Under the pieces are notes generated by a model. The model saw only the letters and a list, made by a program, of their open reading frames with translations. It was not told the DNA's origin and ran no database searches. A stretch of 63,404 nucleotides of DNA from Octopus bimaculoides (Eukaryota). Shown here in pieces: positions 37,848 to 50,516 of the stretch (its first letter is position 1; each line of letters begins with the position of its first letter). The position numbers and the translations under genes are program-made. The stretch is taken from positions 60,380,408 to 60,443,811 of the forward strand of contig NC_068981.1 in assembly GCF_001194135.2 (NCBI RefSeq), written 5' to 3'.

Positions 37848-38925
37848 CGAGGGGATAACCAAAAGAAACTGGTAACGTCCCCTGTGGAACAAGCCCTTTG
37901 TAGTTCAGGCTCCCACCGTTGGAATCCACTTGATGCAACCTTCAGGCATCAGTCTGCCGACCGGTGTTGTCCGGTGATGGCATACTTCCACGTTGTGCGT
38001 CTTTGTTTTGTAATGCTTCTCCGTTGTTCATCGAGTTTTACGATGGCTGTAACGAAGGAATACAATGCTTCAGTGAAATTTTGTTTTCTGCTGGGGAAAA
38101 CGGCGGCTGAAACACTTGTCATGATTCAAATAGCTTACAAGGATACTGCCATGAGGAAAACACAAGTTTGCGAATGGTTTTCACATGTCGCTTGAAGACC
38201 AACCTCGTTCAAAGCGACCGTCGATCTCCCGAACGAATGAAAACCTCACGAAAATTCATGAACTGATCTTTGAGGACTGTCACCGAACAATTGAAGAACT
38301 TGTTGATATGACATGTGCGTTCTGAATCAAGTCAATGGAAGCATTCAATGTCACCACGCTCCCAAAAGTGCGTCAAGCGAACTCCATTGTCAAGACGATG
38401 CTGATTTGTTTTATCGATACGAAAGGAATTGTCCACACAGTATTTGTTCCTTCTGTTCAAAATGTTAACCAGTTGGTAGTTCTGTTGGCAGCTGTGAAGC
38501 GTTTACAAGATATGGCGAGACGAAAACGCCCCAACCAGTAGCAAAATGGAGAGAAGAGGTTTCATCACCACAGTGCACCTTCGCACACCGCCTTGAGCAA
38601 AAATAGTATGGCCCCCTTTATCCACCATCCTTATTCACCCAATCTTGCTCTCTGCAACATTTTTGTTCCTCCAAACGAAAAAAGTCCTTAAAGAAAATCC
38701 ATTTGCAGGTGTGGAAGAGGTGAAGAAAAAAACGACAGAGGCACTAAAACCCATCACTTCGCAAGAGTTCCAGCACTGCTTCGAACAGTGAAAAACGCGT
38801 CTGGATCGATGCATTGCTTCAAATAGAGAATACTTTGAAAGCGATAAAAGTGTAAACGTAAAACTAAGTGAATTCTGTTTCCTACAATAATATTGCAAAA
38901 TTCTTGTTTCTTTTGCCTACCCTCG
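37848..38925 (+). mobile_element. mariner element with both TIRs, internally deleted
   Basis: TA|CGAGGGGATAACCAAAAGAAAC ... GTTTCTTTTGCCTACCCTCG|TA; VKFCFLLGKTAAET, CFIDTKGIVH, HHHSAPSHT and HPYSPNLALC motifs. Confidence 0.9.
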
Positions 38926-38966
38926 TATATTATGTTTTTCCTTTAAAGAATTCAAGCCACTAACAA

Positions 38967-39780
38967 TGCATGTATGTATTTATGTATGTCTGCATGTATG
39001 TATGTATGTATGTATGTATGTATGTATGTATGTATGTATGTCTGTATGTATGTCTGTATGTCTGCATGTATGTATTTATGTATGTATGTATGTATGTCTG
39101 CATGTATGTATGTATGCATGTATGTATGCATGTATGTATGCATGTATGTATGTCTGCATGTATGTATGTATGTATGTCTGTCTGTATGTATGTATGTATG
39201 TCTGCATGTATGTATTTATGTATGTATGTATGTCTGCATGTATGTATTTATGTATGCATGTATGTATGTATGTATGTATGTATGTCTGTATGTATGTATG
39301 TCTGCATGTATGTATTTATGTATGTATGTATGTATGTATGTATGTATGTCTGCATGTATGTATGTATGTATGTCTGTATGTCTGCATGTATGTATGTATG
39401 TATGTCTGTATGTCTGCANNNNNNNNNNNNNNNNNNNNNNNNNNNNNNNNNNNNNNNNNNNNNNNNNNNTGTCTGTCTGTATGTATGTATGTATGTCTGC
39501 ATGTATGTATTTATGTATGTATGTATGTCTGCATGTATGTATTTATGTATGCATGTATGTATGTATGTATGTATGTATGTCTGTATGTATGTATGTCTGC
39601 ATGTATGTATTTATGTATGTATGTATGTATGTATGTATGTATGTCTGCATGTATGTATGTATGTATGTCTGTATGTCTGCATGTATGTATGTATGTATGT
39701 CTGTATGTCTGCATGTATGTATGTCTGTATGTCTGTATGTCTGCATGTATGTATGTATGCATGCACGCACGTATGTATGT
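38967..39780. repeat. Compound (ATGT)n microsatellite
   Basis: ATGT array with ATGC/CTGT/ATTT variants; source of the long MYVC-type spurious ORFs. Confidence 0.97.
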
Positions 39781-39789
39781 CATTATTCA

Positions 39790-40570
39790 GTTTTATTTCA
39801 AGATTTCTTGCCAATGAAGAAAGTGTCGGTTTTGTTTTATGTATGTATTCTCATGCAAATCGTTGACTGTCTACACAAGCACATACATACTTAATCTTTT
39901 GGAAAGTTTTACAAATTTTTACAGTTCCAGTGATGGGTTAGATCTGCAATCTTCCAATTAGCTCTCTTTTTTTTGGTGTTGAGAAGACTAATTTCTCAAG
40001 ATTGGTATTTGGGCAGTGTGATACATATATCAGTACCCCAATAATTAAAGGTATGAACCTGAACTTGTCATTCGGAAAGAGTAACTGTAGATTTGTCGAT
40101 AATACAGCGTAGATTTTTTTTTCCGCTGATCTGTAGATTTATGTTAACATCCGCTGGGTGTCCCAAATCACTTTTTCTGGTCTATTATGTTAACATTTTA
40201 TGACGTTTTCAGTGTGACATTTCACCGGCACTCCTTATTATGAGAGGCTATGGCTTCTACAGTACTGTCAGTTCTCATTTCTTTGGCCTTACGATTATCC
40301 TTCTTATGGCTCTCATTATACATGTCTCATCGGTAGATAATACTGCAATGACATTTTCGGACACTACTTCTGATGTTGGTAATATATTTTCGGTGTTAAT
40401 TCCGCGAAGTCTGCATCAGTTATCGCATTTTGGTGTTCTTTCTGGGTCTGTCTCCTTTGTGCATCAGGCATTTTGTTGATATCTCCCGTTCCTGGATTAC
40501 AAACGCATACTCTTCAAAGTGAGAGTTAGTAATTCATGATAGATTGCTTAGAATTTACTATCAACCCGCA
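39790..40570 (-). mobile_element. RLE-type LINE 3' fragment, ATAC-associated family
   Basis: SHFEEYAFVIQE, PADVNI, STNLQLLFPNDKFRFIPLIMG and GTVKICKTFQK match 32790-33345. Confidence 0.75.
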
Positions 40571-40857
40571 GCTTTCTGCTAAGACATCAATGAAAGGTCT
40601 TCTACTGATAAACGCTCATCCTTTCATCTGATGATATTTTGCAGTAGAGTGTTGCGACGTGTTTGGGCATGTATGCATGTATGTATGCATGAATGCCTCC
40701 ATGCGTGCATNNNNNNNNNNATGCATGCATGCATGTATGTATGTATGTATGTATGTATGTATGTATGCAGGGAGAATTCACACTAAAAAAGAAGACGGAG
40801 ACAGGTGGTGAAGACAACAAACAGATGTATTAGTTTAACGCTCGGGAAGTGAAAAAG

Positions 40858-40895
40858 TCTTTAACGTTTCGAACCTACGCTCTTCCACAGAAAGA
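40858..40895 (-). ncRNA. Minimal hammerhead-like motif with CUGUGGA core (family 2)
   Basis: TCTTT-CTGTGGA-A-GAGC-GTAG-GTTC-GAAA-CG-TT-AAAGA: 5-bp stem I, 4-bp stem II, ACGU stem III. Confidence 0.65.
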
Positions 40896-40959
40896 AACAA
40901 GGAGAAAAAATAAAGAATGTGTAGTGGCCAGCGATCTATGTATGTATGTATGCACGTAT

Positions 40960-41775
40960 ATATTTTCACTTTCTCTTTTTAAATTTAGAGTTAATTTTGC
41001 ACGAGCACCTACTTGGTAGCAAGTTTGTTCAATAATGCATCTGTTTTTGTGTATCGAGCTTTAAATCTTAAGAAAGTTTGGCAGATTTTTATAGTCTCAG
41101 AGCTCGTGATTATTTGTAGTGTACGAATTAAGGAATTGCTTCCTCTCCCCAAGAACCTAATTTCGTCTATACTTTGCTCCAGCTAGGTAGTATGTATCCC
41201 GTTGATCCAATAACAATAGATATTAAGCTGAAAGTGAATCTTCGGTACTGGATTTGAAAACTCTAGATCAATGGCCTATAGATGTCATCTTTCTCTTGTA
41301 TTTTTCTGACAACATTGGTGTTCAGAGGGCAGCTGACTTCCACAATAGGGCATATATTTACTTTCTGGTCTCTCACAACAATATCTGACCGGTTGTGTTT
41401 CAACTTGGTGGCTGTTTTAACTTTTAAGGTCCACCAATATTCTTTTGACCCGTCGGTCTCAATATATGTTTGTCGGTGCTGCTTTCTCTTTTAGTTATCC
41501 TGTTCCAGAATGTTCTGGGCAGTCTCTCGCAGTTGGCAATAACGTGGTTGCCGTCTTCAGTCTTGGTTTTACATATCTGTTTTCTGTCAATCTTTCCTGC
41601 CTTTTCTGTTGTAGATACTTGGAGGGGATCTGTTGTTCTTCAGTTGTATGGAGTTAACCTTCGAAGTGGAAAGTTGTAAACTTATCAGTACTCTATGCCA
41701 ATCATTTGACATGATCAATTCCCTTTATAGCTTGTGTACTTCGTGGCAAGCACCCATGTACCATCTTCTCAGTTA
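40960..41775 (-). mobile_element. RLE-type LINE 3' fragment (CCHC finger plus RLE)
   Basis: EKMVHG, CKTKTEDGNHVIANC, YWWTLKVKT..HNRSDIVV and IVEVSCP..EKDDIY; bounded by (ATGT)n on both sides. Confidence 0.8.
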
Positions 41776-41806
<31 letters not shown>

Positions 41807-41829
41807 TGTATGTATGTATGTATGTTTTT

Positions 41830-42145
41830 TGTTTGTTTTTAGTTTAATTTAAAATGTTCGTGAGAGAGTTCAAGTCGGATTCTGATAAAGCAACAAGACT
41901 TTTTGAATTAAGAGAGTTCCTGGTGTTTATAAATATGAGGTTGAGTTGGTGTGCTGGTTGAACTGTCAATGCATACACCCAAGTATGTGCATCTATTCAC
42001 GTAATTATCGCACATAGAGAATTTCTGGAATGTCTTACAAATCTTCACTGTGCCACTAATAAATTGGGTTTGGTGAATCTGCGTCAGTTTCTTTTGCTCT
42101 TTTTCCGTGAAACCAAGTGATTCTAGGATTTTGTGCAAATTTCTA
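41830..42145 (-). mobile_element. RLE-type LINE extreme 3' fragment
   Basis: LESLGFTEKEQKKLTQIHQTQFISGTVKICKTFQKFSM plus a 3' UTR matching 32790-32940. Confidence 0.8.
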
Positions 42146-42176
<31 letters not shown>

Positions 42177-42934
42177 ATGTATGTATGTGTGTATGCATGT
42201 ATGTACAGAGAAAGAGAAAGAGCTTTCTGTAGCCTAAAAACAAGTTCTGTCATTGGCATTTAAATATCAAACTAGTTAGCCATGTATGTATATTTGTATG
42301 CAATCACGTATACACGCACCTTTCTTTCTCTCCCAACTCTCTCTCTCTCTCTCTCTGTAAACACACATACACAACACACACGCACGCATACACCCCCNNN
42401 NNNNNNNCACACCCACACAAGAGCACAGCTATCCATGTACATACGTATGCATAACGGAACTATATACGTTGTGGGTTACATATTTTGACAGTAGCTTTGA
42501 CAGCTTATAAAATTAATCTTCTGATTAGACGTGATCTTTCTGGTTTTGGGTACCCCACCTTCCTAATATTGGCATTAAGACAGTTACACAAGTATCTACA
42601 TGTATCTACATCCGATGCTATTGGCATTGCTGGAATCAGATATAGTAATAGAATCTTTATTTCTTCAATTACTTGAACTATAAGACAAAATTATTCAACA
42701 GACATCCTGTCAGTTAAAATTTGCAACCACACCAGGAAGATTTTCACCAGATCAGACTTATTAGTGTTTTATCATATATTCGGAAAATTACATTCTTTTC
42801 CAAGACTAACGCCTTGTATGTTTCTAGAGAAAATAATACAAATGGGCGTTTATTCAGTGATAAAGTGAGCTACGTAAATAATTGTTTCAGCTGACATAAG
42901 GTCAGCAATCGCAAAAGGGTGGTTAGTCGCCATC

Positions 42935-43125
42935 ATCGATAATAAAAGTGAGAAGTCTGTAGTGTTTGGCACAAGGCCAGTAAGTTCGGTGGAGGGGATA
43001 AGTCAATTACATCGATCTCAGTATTTATTTTATCGACCCCGATAGGATGAAAGGTAAAGCCGATATCAGTGGAATTTGAACTCAGAACGTAAATACGAAA
43101 GAAATTCCGGTAAACATTTTGCTTG
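42935..43125 (-). mobile_element. tRNA-derived SINE family B, tail type 1
   Basis: TTTATCGACCCC..GGATGAAAGG..GAATTTGAACTCAGAAC matches 45236-45670. Confidence 0.85.
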
Positions 43126-43930
43126 AAATGAACAAAAAAGAAAGCATACAAAGAAAAGAAAATGTACGGGCAGTTTGCAAGAGATGTGAACGCAAATAGA
43201 GATACAAAGGACCGGTAGCTATGAATGAAGAGGAGTGACCTGAAAACAGAAATAGAAGCACTCATATGCGCTGCTCAGGAACAAGCGTTAAGGAAAAGCT
43301 ATATGAAGTGCAGAATAGACAACACTACCGATAGCAGCAAACGCGGCGTGTGTGGTGATAGGGGTGAAACTGTATGGCACATCGTTAGCGAATGCCCGAA
43401 ATTGGCACAATGCGTATACAAAAGAGGCCATGACAAGTTGACAAGAATGATCCATTGGGAGCTCTAAGGAAATCACGGCCTACAAAGGGCAAATACGTGG
43501 TATGAGCAAACTCCAATAGAAGTCACCGAAAATGAGAATTGCAAAATCCTGGGAGAGACAATGATCCATTGCGATCACTCGACCGGATATCGGAACCGGA
43601 AATTGTTGTGATGAAAGCGGACATTGTTGTGGTGAATAAAAAAGAAAGAACATGTATGATCATCGATATAACATGCCCCGATGACAACAGGATCAATGTG
43701 AAAAAAGAATGAAAAAAAAGCAACTATGATGATTTGAAGTGGGAAATACAAATGTTGTAGTCACTGAAGAGAGTAGACGTGATACCAATAGTAATTGGTG
43801 GACTTGGAAGCATCAGCACTCAATTATCAGCATAGCTAAAAAGGTTTGGTGCAAGTGTGAAGGTAGAACACCTACAAAAATCAGCATTTCTAGGAACTGC
43901 AAGAATTCTTCACAGGGTTCTTAAGCATGA
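43125..43930 (+). mobile_element. R4/Dong-like RLE LINE 3' fragment
   Basis: EALICAAQEQAL, ETVWHIVSECPKLA, HDKL...IHWEL, DIVVVNK..IIDITCP and PIVIGGLG. Confidence 0.88.
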
Positions 43931-44845
43931 CCAATAAACAAGTGTCATCTTAGTCTGCTGGTTGTGGACACCTGACACTTTCCATCATACCTAACAAAAT
44001 AAGCTGTGAATTTTTATATGATAATGATATTAATACGCCAATTTCTTTTTTGTACGTACTTGGCGCGTGTGTCACGCTTAAGAGAGAAAAATTGTTGAAA
44101 GAAATTTTATTGCTCAAATAAATTTTTAGCTACACCGCCTGTAATTTCTTGAAGGGATTTGAAACCGCCAGCTACGCGTTGTATTACTACTTTCCAATAC
44201 CCATGACTACTGGGCTACCGAAGATGCAACAGTCTGAATGAGAAAATTAAGATACTTAAATTTGACGTGTGTGTCGAGCAAGGGAGAGAGGAGGTGAGAG
44301 AAAGAGAAAAAGTGAGAGAAAGAGTGAGAGAGAACGAGAGAGAGGGATGACGGCATGAGACTGAGTGGCTGATAGGTATTTGAACTGGAATTGAACCCTG
44401 GCTATTACATGCCCAACCACACACACTTTTGTTTTAGCTCTTCTACCCATTTGAATTCGGCCATACACCAGATAACATGGTCAGTCTTATGTTCTGAAAT
44501 TCAAATCTTGAATTTGTTTTAATCATAAAATTACACCTCAGCTAAAAAACATATTTTGGCTTTCGAATACAACCTGTTTTTTCTCTTTCTATATTTTTTG
44601 TTAAGTTACAATTTCTCTATTTTGGTCAGGATTTTTCCACTTTCTTTTTTCTTGTATCAAGTAATGGACGAAAGCATTAAAAAAAATTAAATCCATAGAG
44701 CCGAACATAATAAAAAATCTTAATTCTATTTTGTCTCTTTCCTTAGTACTAATAAGAGCATAGTATTAGAAAGATTTGGTTGTTTTCCAGCAAATTGAAC
44801 CATACAGTTCATTTGTTGATATGCATGAGTAAACAAAAACTAAAA

Positions 44846-44933
<88 letters not shown>

Positions 44934-45235
44934 AATGCACGTGTGTGTGTTTCTACAGACCAGGACAGAGAGAAGTGAGAGAGAAGAGAGAGAGAGTGAG
45001 AGAGAAAGAGAGAGAGTGAGAGTGAGAAAGAGAAAGAGAAAGATGACGTAAAAGAATAAAAGAATACGAGAAAAACGGTCCGTGCCACTGAATCAAGAGG
45101 ATTCTCTGAATATGTACGATGTATTTTAAGGCTAAATTGTAATTCTGTTTACGTTTGCGTAACAGATATTTTGGTTGGATTATATAGCTATCAGTTTTAC
45201 ACTTCTTTCTATATTCTGTAACTGTCGCAATGTAC

Positions 45236-45670
45236 TTTTCTACTATAGGCACAAGTCCTGAAATCTTGGCAGGGAGAGGGCTAGTCGATTAGATCGATCC
45301 CAGTACTCAACTGGTACTTAATTTATCGACCCCGAAGGATGATAGGCAAACTCGACCTCGGCAGAATTTGAACTCACAACGTAAAGACAGACGAAAAACC
45401 GGTAAGCATTTCGCCAGGTGTGCTAGCGATTCTTATTTCTTTATTACCCACAAGGGGCTAAACATAGAGGGGACAAACAAGGACAGACAAAGGGATTAAG
45501 TCGATTACATCGACCCCAGTGCGTAACTGGTACTTAATTTATCGACCCCGAAAGGATGAAAGGCAAAGTCGACCTCGGCGGAATTTGAACTCAGAACGTA
45601 ACGGCAGACGAAATACCGCTAAGCATTACGCCCTGGGGTGCTAACGATTCTGCCAGCTCGCCGCCTTTAA
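45236..45670 (-). mobile_element. Two tandem SINE family B copies with different 3' tails
   Basis: Shared body GAGTTCAAATTCCGCCGAGGTCGAC..GGGGTCGATAAATTAAGTACCAG. Copy 45432-45670 ends in a Tx1-like tail; copy 45236-45430 ends in GACTTGTGCCTATAGTAGAAAAG. Confidence 0.88.
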
Positions 45671-46959
45671 CTNNNNNNNNNNNNNNNNNNNNNNNNNNNN
45701 NNNNNNNNNNNNNNNNNNNNNNNNNNNNNNNNNNNNNNNNNNNNNNNNNNNNNNNNNNNNNNNNNNNNNNNNNNNNNNNNNNNNNNNNNNNNNNNNNNNN
45801 NNNNNNNNNNNNNNNNNNNNNNNNNNNNNNNNNNNNNNNNNNNNNNNNNNNNNNNNNNNNNNNNNNNNNNNNNNNNNNNNNNNNNNNNNNNNNNNNNNNN
45901 NNNNNNNNNNNNNNNNNNNNNNNNNNNNNNNNNNNNNNNNNNNNNNNNNNNNNNNNNNNNNNNNNNNNNNNNNNNNNNNNNNNNNNNNNNNNNNNNNNNN
46001 NNNNNNNNNNNNNNNNNNNNNNNNNNNNNNNNNNNNNNNNNNNNNNNNNNNNNNNNNNNNNNNNNNNNNNNNNNNNNNNNNNNNNNNNNNNNNNNNNNNN
46101 NNNNNNNNNNNNNNNNNNNNNNNNNNNNNNNNNNNNNNNNNNNNNNNNNNNNNNNNNNNNNNNNNNNNNNNNNNNNNNNNNNNNNNNNNNNNNNNNNNNN
46201 NNNNNNNNNNNNNNNNNNNNNNNNNNNNNNNNNNNNNNNNNNNNNNNNNNNNNNNNNNNNNNNNNNNNNNNNNNNNNNNNNNNNNNNNNNNNNNNNNNNN
46301 NNNNNNNNNNNNNNNNNNNNNNNNNNNNNNNNNNNNNNNNNNNNNNNNNNNNNNNNNNNNNNNNNNNNNNNNNNNNNNNNNNNNNNNNNNNNNNNNNNNN
46401 NNNNNNNNNNNNNNNNNNNNNNNNNNNNNNNNNNNNNNNNNNNNNNNNNNNNNNNNNNNNNNNNNNNNNNNNNNNNNNNNNNNNNNNNNNNNNNNNNNNN
46501 NNNNNNNNNNNNNNNCATAGAGGTCAGTGGTCCTGCTGACGTGAATATCTCTTTGAAAATCAAAGAGAAAGAGGATGACTATGGACAATTGCTTCGAAAT
46601 TACCAGCTTCTACATCTAGATTATAAATTCACACTTATACCAATAATAATTGAATTACTTGGCTTTAAGAATAAATGCCTAAGTGACAATATCGATAAGT
46701 TAGATCTTTGAGGAAAAGAATTCAACCGCAAAGTTATAGATTAAAAAAAAAAAACAACAAAAAAAAAACAATCTCAAAGTGACACAGTAAAAATATGCAA
46801 GATTTTTCTCGAGTTTAAAATGTGATGTTGTTTTTTGTTATCTTATCTACATTCAAACGATGGAGCTCTGTAACCTTTTTAGAGACCAGGTCTTTCTTCA
46901 GAGGAAAGGTGTAAATAATCATAAACAGAAGAGAACATACATACATACATTACATACAT

Positions 46960-47445
46960 ATGAGGTCTGATCAATAAGTATCCGGACTAAGTTTTAACGT
47001 TCCAGCTCACTTCCGCCGTTTATATCAGTGCGTGGAAGTAAGGTGTGTAACGTGTGATCGTCGCATTGACCATGACAGAGAAAGTTGTGATGGCGATACA
47101 TGCTCAGAGGCTTACATGGATAGGAGTGTGAGCCGCACACAAGTATGCGAGTGGTTCAGACGTTTCCAAGGTGGCTGAAAAATGTCGATATTGACGAGCG
47201 TTCTGGGAGACTTGCAACCAGCAGAACTGAGAAAATATATCGCAGACGTGCATGTAGCTGTGAGTTATCAGAGTGTGTGCAGATTAGTTACGGTTCAGTT
47301 CAGTCCATTATCACTGAAGATTTTGGTATGAGACGCGTGTCTGTTAAATTTGTGCCAAAACTGCTTTCAGCTTACCAAGAGGACATTCGGGTTTCAGTTG
47401 CACAAGATCTCCTCGATTGTGTCGACAGCGATGAAAAATTCTGAA
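46960..47445 (+). mobile_element. mariner 5' fragment
   Basis: TA-TGAGGTCTGATCAATAAGTATCCGGAC terminus; DIDERSGR and SVKFVPKLLS. Confidence 0.8.
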
Positions 47446-47457
47446 AACTTTGCGTTA

Positions 47458-47835
47458 GGGCAGGAGTGGTTGTGAGGTGAGTAGCTTGCTTCCCAACCAC
47501 ATGGTTCAGGGTTCAGTCCCATTGCGTGACACCTTGGGCAAGTGTCATCTACTATAGCTTCAGGCCGACTAAAGCCTTGTGAGTGAATTTGGTAGATGGA
47601 AACTGAAAAAAGCCTGTCATATATAATATGTATATATATGTGCAAAATATGTGTGTCTCTGTTTGTCCCCCGATGTTGGTGTGCTTACGTCCCCGTAACT
47701 TAACGATTCGGCATAAAAGCCGATAGAATAAGGACTAGGCTTACAAAGAAGACGTCCTGGGGTCGTTTTCTTCAACTAAATACGGTGCTCCAGCATGGCT
47801 GCAGTCAAATGACTGAAACAAGTAAAAGAACAAAA
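47458..47835 (+). mobile_element. SINE family A
   Basis: Full head-core-tail homologous to 2458-2966. Confidence 0.9.
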
Positions 47836-47849
47836 GAATAAGAGAAAAG

Positions 47850-48085
47850 GCCTCTGAGCAGGTATCGCCAAGCTTTTGGCAAAATCTGATGCAGATTCTC
47901 TGCTCAACTTTCTCTGTCATTGCCAATGCGACGATTACACGCTACACAACTTCATTCCAAGCACTGCTGTAAATAGCGAAAGTGAGCTAGAATGTTAAAA
48001 CCACGTGCGCATGCACAACTGTGATCAAGGTCAATCTGTGCCAAGCGGCATTACCCTGCATGTTTTAGCTTCGGTACTATAGCAA
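47850..48085 (-). mobile_element. mariner 5' fragment, same family as 46960, opposite orientation
   Basis: MAMTEKVEQRICIRFCQKLGDTCSEA; roughly 80% identical by eye to 47000-47110. Confidence 0.8.
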
Positions 48086-48561
48086 CAATTCGGATACTCA
48101 TTGACCAAACCATTTACGTACGTAAATGCATACCTACATACATACGTACATACATACATGCATACATATATGCATGAACACATACATATAAACGCATACG
48201 CGTGCAGATAAACATGCAGGCATGGTTGTATGGTACGAAGTTTGCTTCCCAGCCACATGGTCCCCGGTTCAGTCCCGTGCTACTATGGGCATGTGTCTCC
48301 TATTATAGCGTTTGACCTCTTTTATTCTTTTATTCTTTTACTTGTTTCAGTTATTTGACTGCAGCCATGGTAGATCACCGCCTTTAAGTCGGGCAAATCG
48401 ACCCCGGGACTTATTCTTTATAAACCTAGTACTCATTCTATAGGTCCTCTGCCGAACCGCTAGGTTTCGGGGATGTAAACACATCAACATCGGTTGTCGA
48501 CCAATGGCGAGCACACACACACACACACACACAAATACACACAGACACAGACAGACAGACA

Positions 48562-48604
<43 letters not shown>

Positions 48605-48633
48605 ACACAGACAAACACAGACACGCACAAACA

Positions 48634-48672
<39 letters not shown>

Positions 48673-49053
48673 NNNNNNNNNNNNNNNNNNNNNNNNNNNN
48701 NNNNNNNNNNNNNNNNNNNNNNNNNNNNNNNNNNNNNNNNNNNNNNNNNNNNNNNNNNNNNNNNNNNNNNNNNNNNNNNNNNNNNNNNNNNNNNNNNNNN
48801 NNNNNNNNNNNNNNNNNNNNNNNNNNNNNNNNNNNNNNNNNNNNNNNNNNNNNNNNNNNNNNNNNNNNNNNNNNNNNNNNNNNNNNNNNNNNNNNNNNNN
48901 NNNNNNNNNNNNNNNNNNNNNNTTCGTTCGAATAAAATCCTTCATTGCTGTAGTGTAACCACCGAAACAAGTAGAAGAGATAAAAGAGACATATGTATGA
49001 ATGAATACGCTTACATACCACTTACACACAAATCCATTTAGATATGCACAAAC

Positions 49054-49092
<39 letters not shown>

Positions 49093-49489
49093 CACAAATT
49101 GTGTTTGTGAAAATGATTGGTTTATAAGTTTTTACGACTAAACAGATAACAGCATTAATAATTGATAATTAGTTTCAACAGCTGAGAAATCTTTAATTTT
49201 TACTCGTTTGAGATTAAAAGGCTATTTCACTCTTACAATGCATACACATGTCCTGTGTAAGCTGGGTTAGAATGTAATATTGTGATTAATGAAAACCTGA
49301 TCTTGTATTTTACATTCTTCTTGCAAGTACACACGGTCAATTTTAGAAGGTATGCTTAGGCGCTGGTATAGCCGTGTGCTTAAGAAGCTCGTTTAGCAAG
49401 TACTGGTTTCGAGTTCAATCCCAGTGTGCGGCAATTTGGGCAAATCTACACTTTGCAGGTGAATCTGGTAGACAGCAGTTGCATAGAAG

Positions 49490-49527
<38 letters not shown>

Positions 49528-50516
49528 TATATATATGTATATAGACTGTGTGTGTATATTTTTAATTGCTTCTTACAGTGCATCACAACTGATGTTTGTT
49601 TGTTTATGTCTTTGTAATTTAGCCGTTCACTGTAAGAAATTGAAAGAGTAAGTGCTAGGGTCGATATGTTCAAATAAATCCTTAAATGCGGTGCTCCAGC
49701 ATGGAGATATGCTCAATGATTTCGAATACTGTCAAACTTTATGCAGGAAGACACGACTATAATATAATGGCAATAATCTTCTTTATTTTCATATAGTAAT
49801 GCCTACAGGATCACTTATGGAATAACAGTTATTCCATGTTGCTAGCCATTTACGCAATCTATCTCTGTTTTTGCAGTGATGTACGCTGTGAGTGGCCCCT
49901 CTAAATTTCTCGCAACTCAATCTAGCTGATACTGAGAGACAAGAGTCATCTGTAATACCTGACTGGTATTATATTTGTCGACTTTGAAGGGACGGATGAC
50001 CTTTGACTGATGCAAAATTCGACTATTGTATATGGCGTGTACAAAAAAAAACAACAAAAAACAAAAGAAAAAAACAAACAAAAACAAAGCGGAGAAAATG
50101 GGAAAAGATAAAAAGGCAAAGCATTTTACCCAACGCTACAATGACTAGACCAATACAAAACTGTGATATTTACTTAAATTGTAATTGTATTGCTCACAGG
50201 AGAACAAAGCGGTGAACTGGCAAAATCTTTAGTGCGTCGGATAGAATTGCCAAGTACATTTAGCAAAGATCGAGTTAGATTTTTATTTTCTCGGGGTCGA
50301 TAAAATGAAGTGCCAGTTGACCACTGGAATCATTGTAATGATTGTCCTTCTGCTCAAAATTCAAGGCCTAGAACATACAAAATAAAAGTGGAAGAAAAAA
50401 AAAAAATCTTACAGGGGAAATAACTCAAAAACAATTTCTTCGTGTTTGCGTCCCTTGAATATTTATTTATTCAAATTGGTCTAGAAATTATATATATCAT
50501 CCGACGATCAATTTAA

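Noticed and set aside
39174-39714. About 245-nt exact duplication within the ATGT array
   Set aside because: The two copies sit on either side of a gap; most likely unmerged contig overlap rather than a higher-order repeat.
38966-39894. Long ORFs (283-306 aa) and the many [12 protein letters not shown] or X-rich ORFs
   Set aside because: They are translations of microsatellites or N gaps, not genes.
48940-48975. GTG-TAAC-CAC-C-GAAAC hammerhead-like remnant
   Set aside because: The core is too degraded and stem I is not adjacent.
49817-49837. 10-bp perfect palindrome ATGGAATAAC-A-GTTATTCCAT
   Set aside because: Expected by chance in 63 kb of AT-rich DNA.
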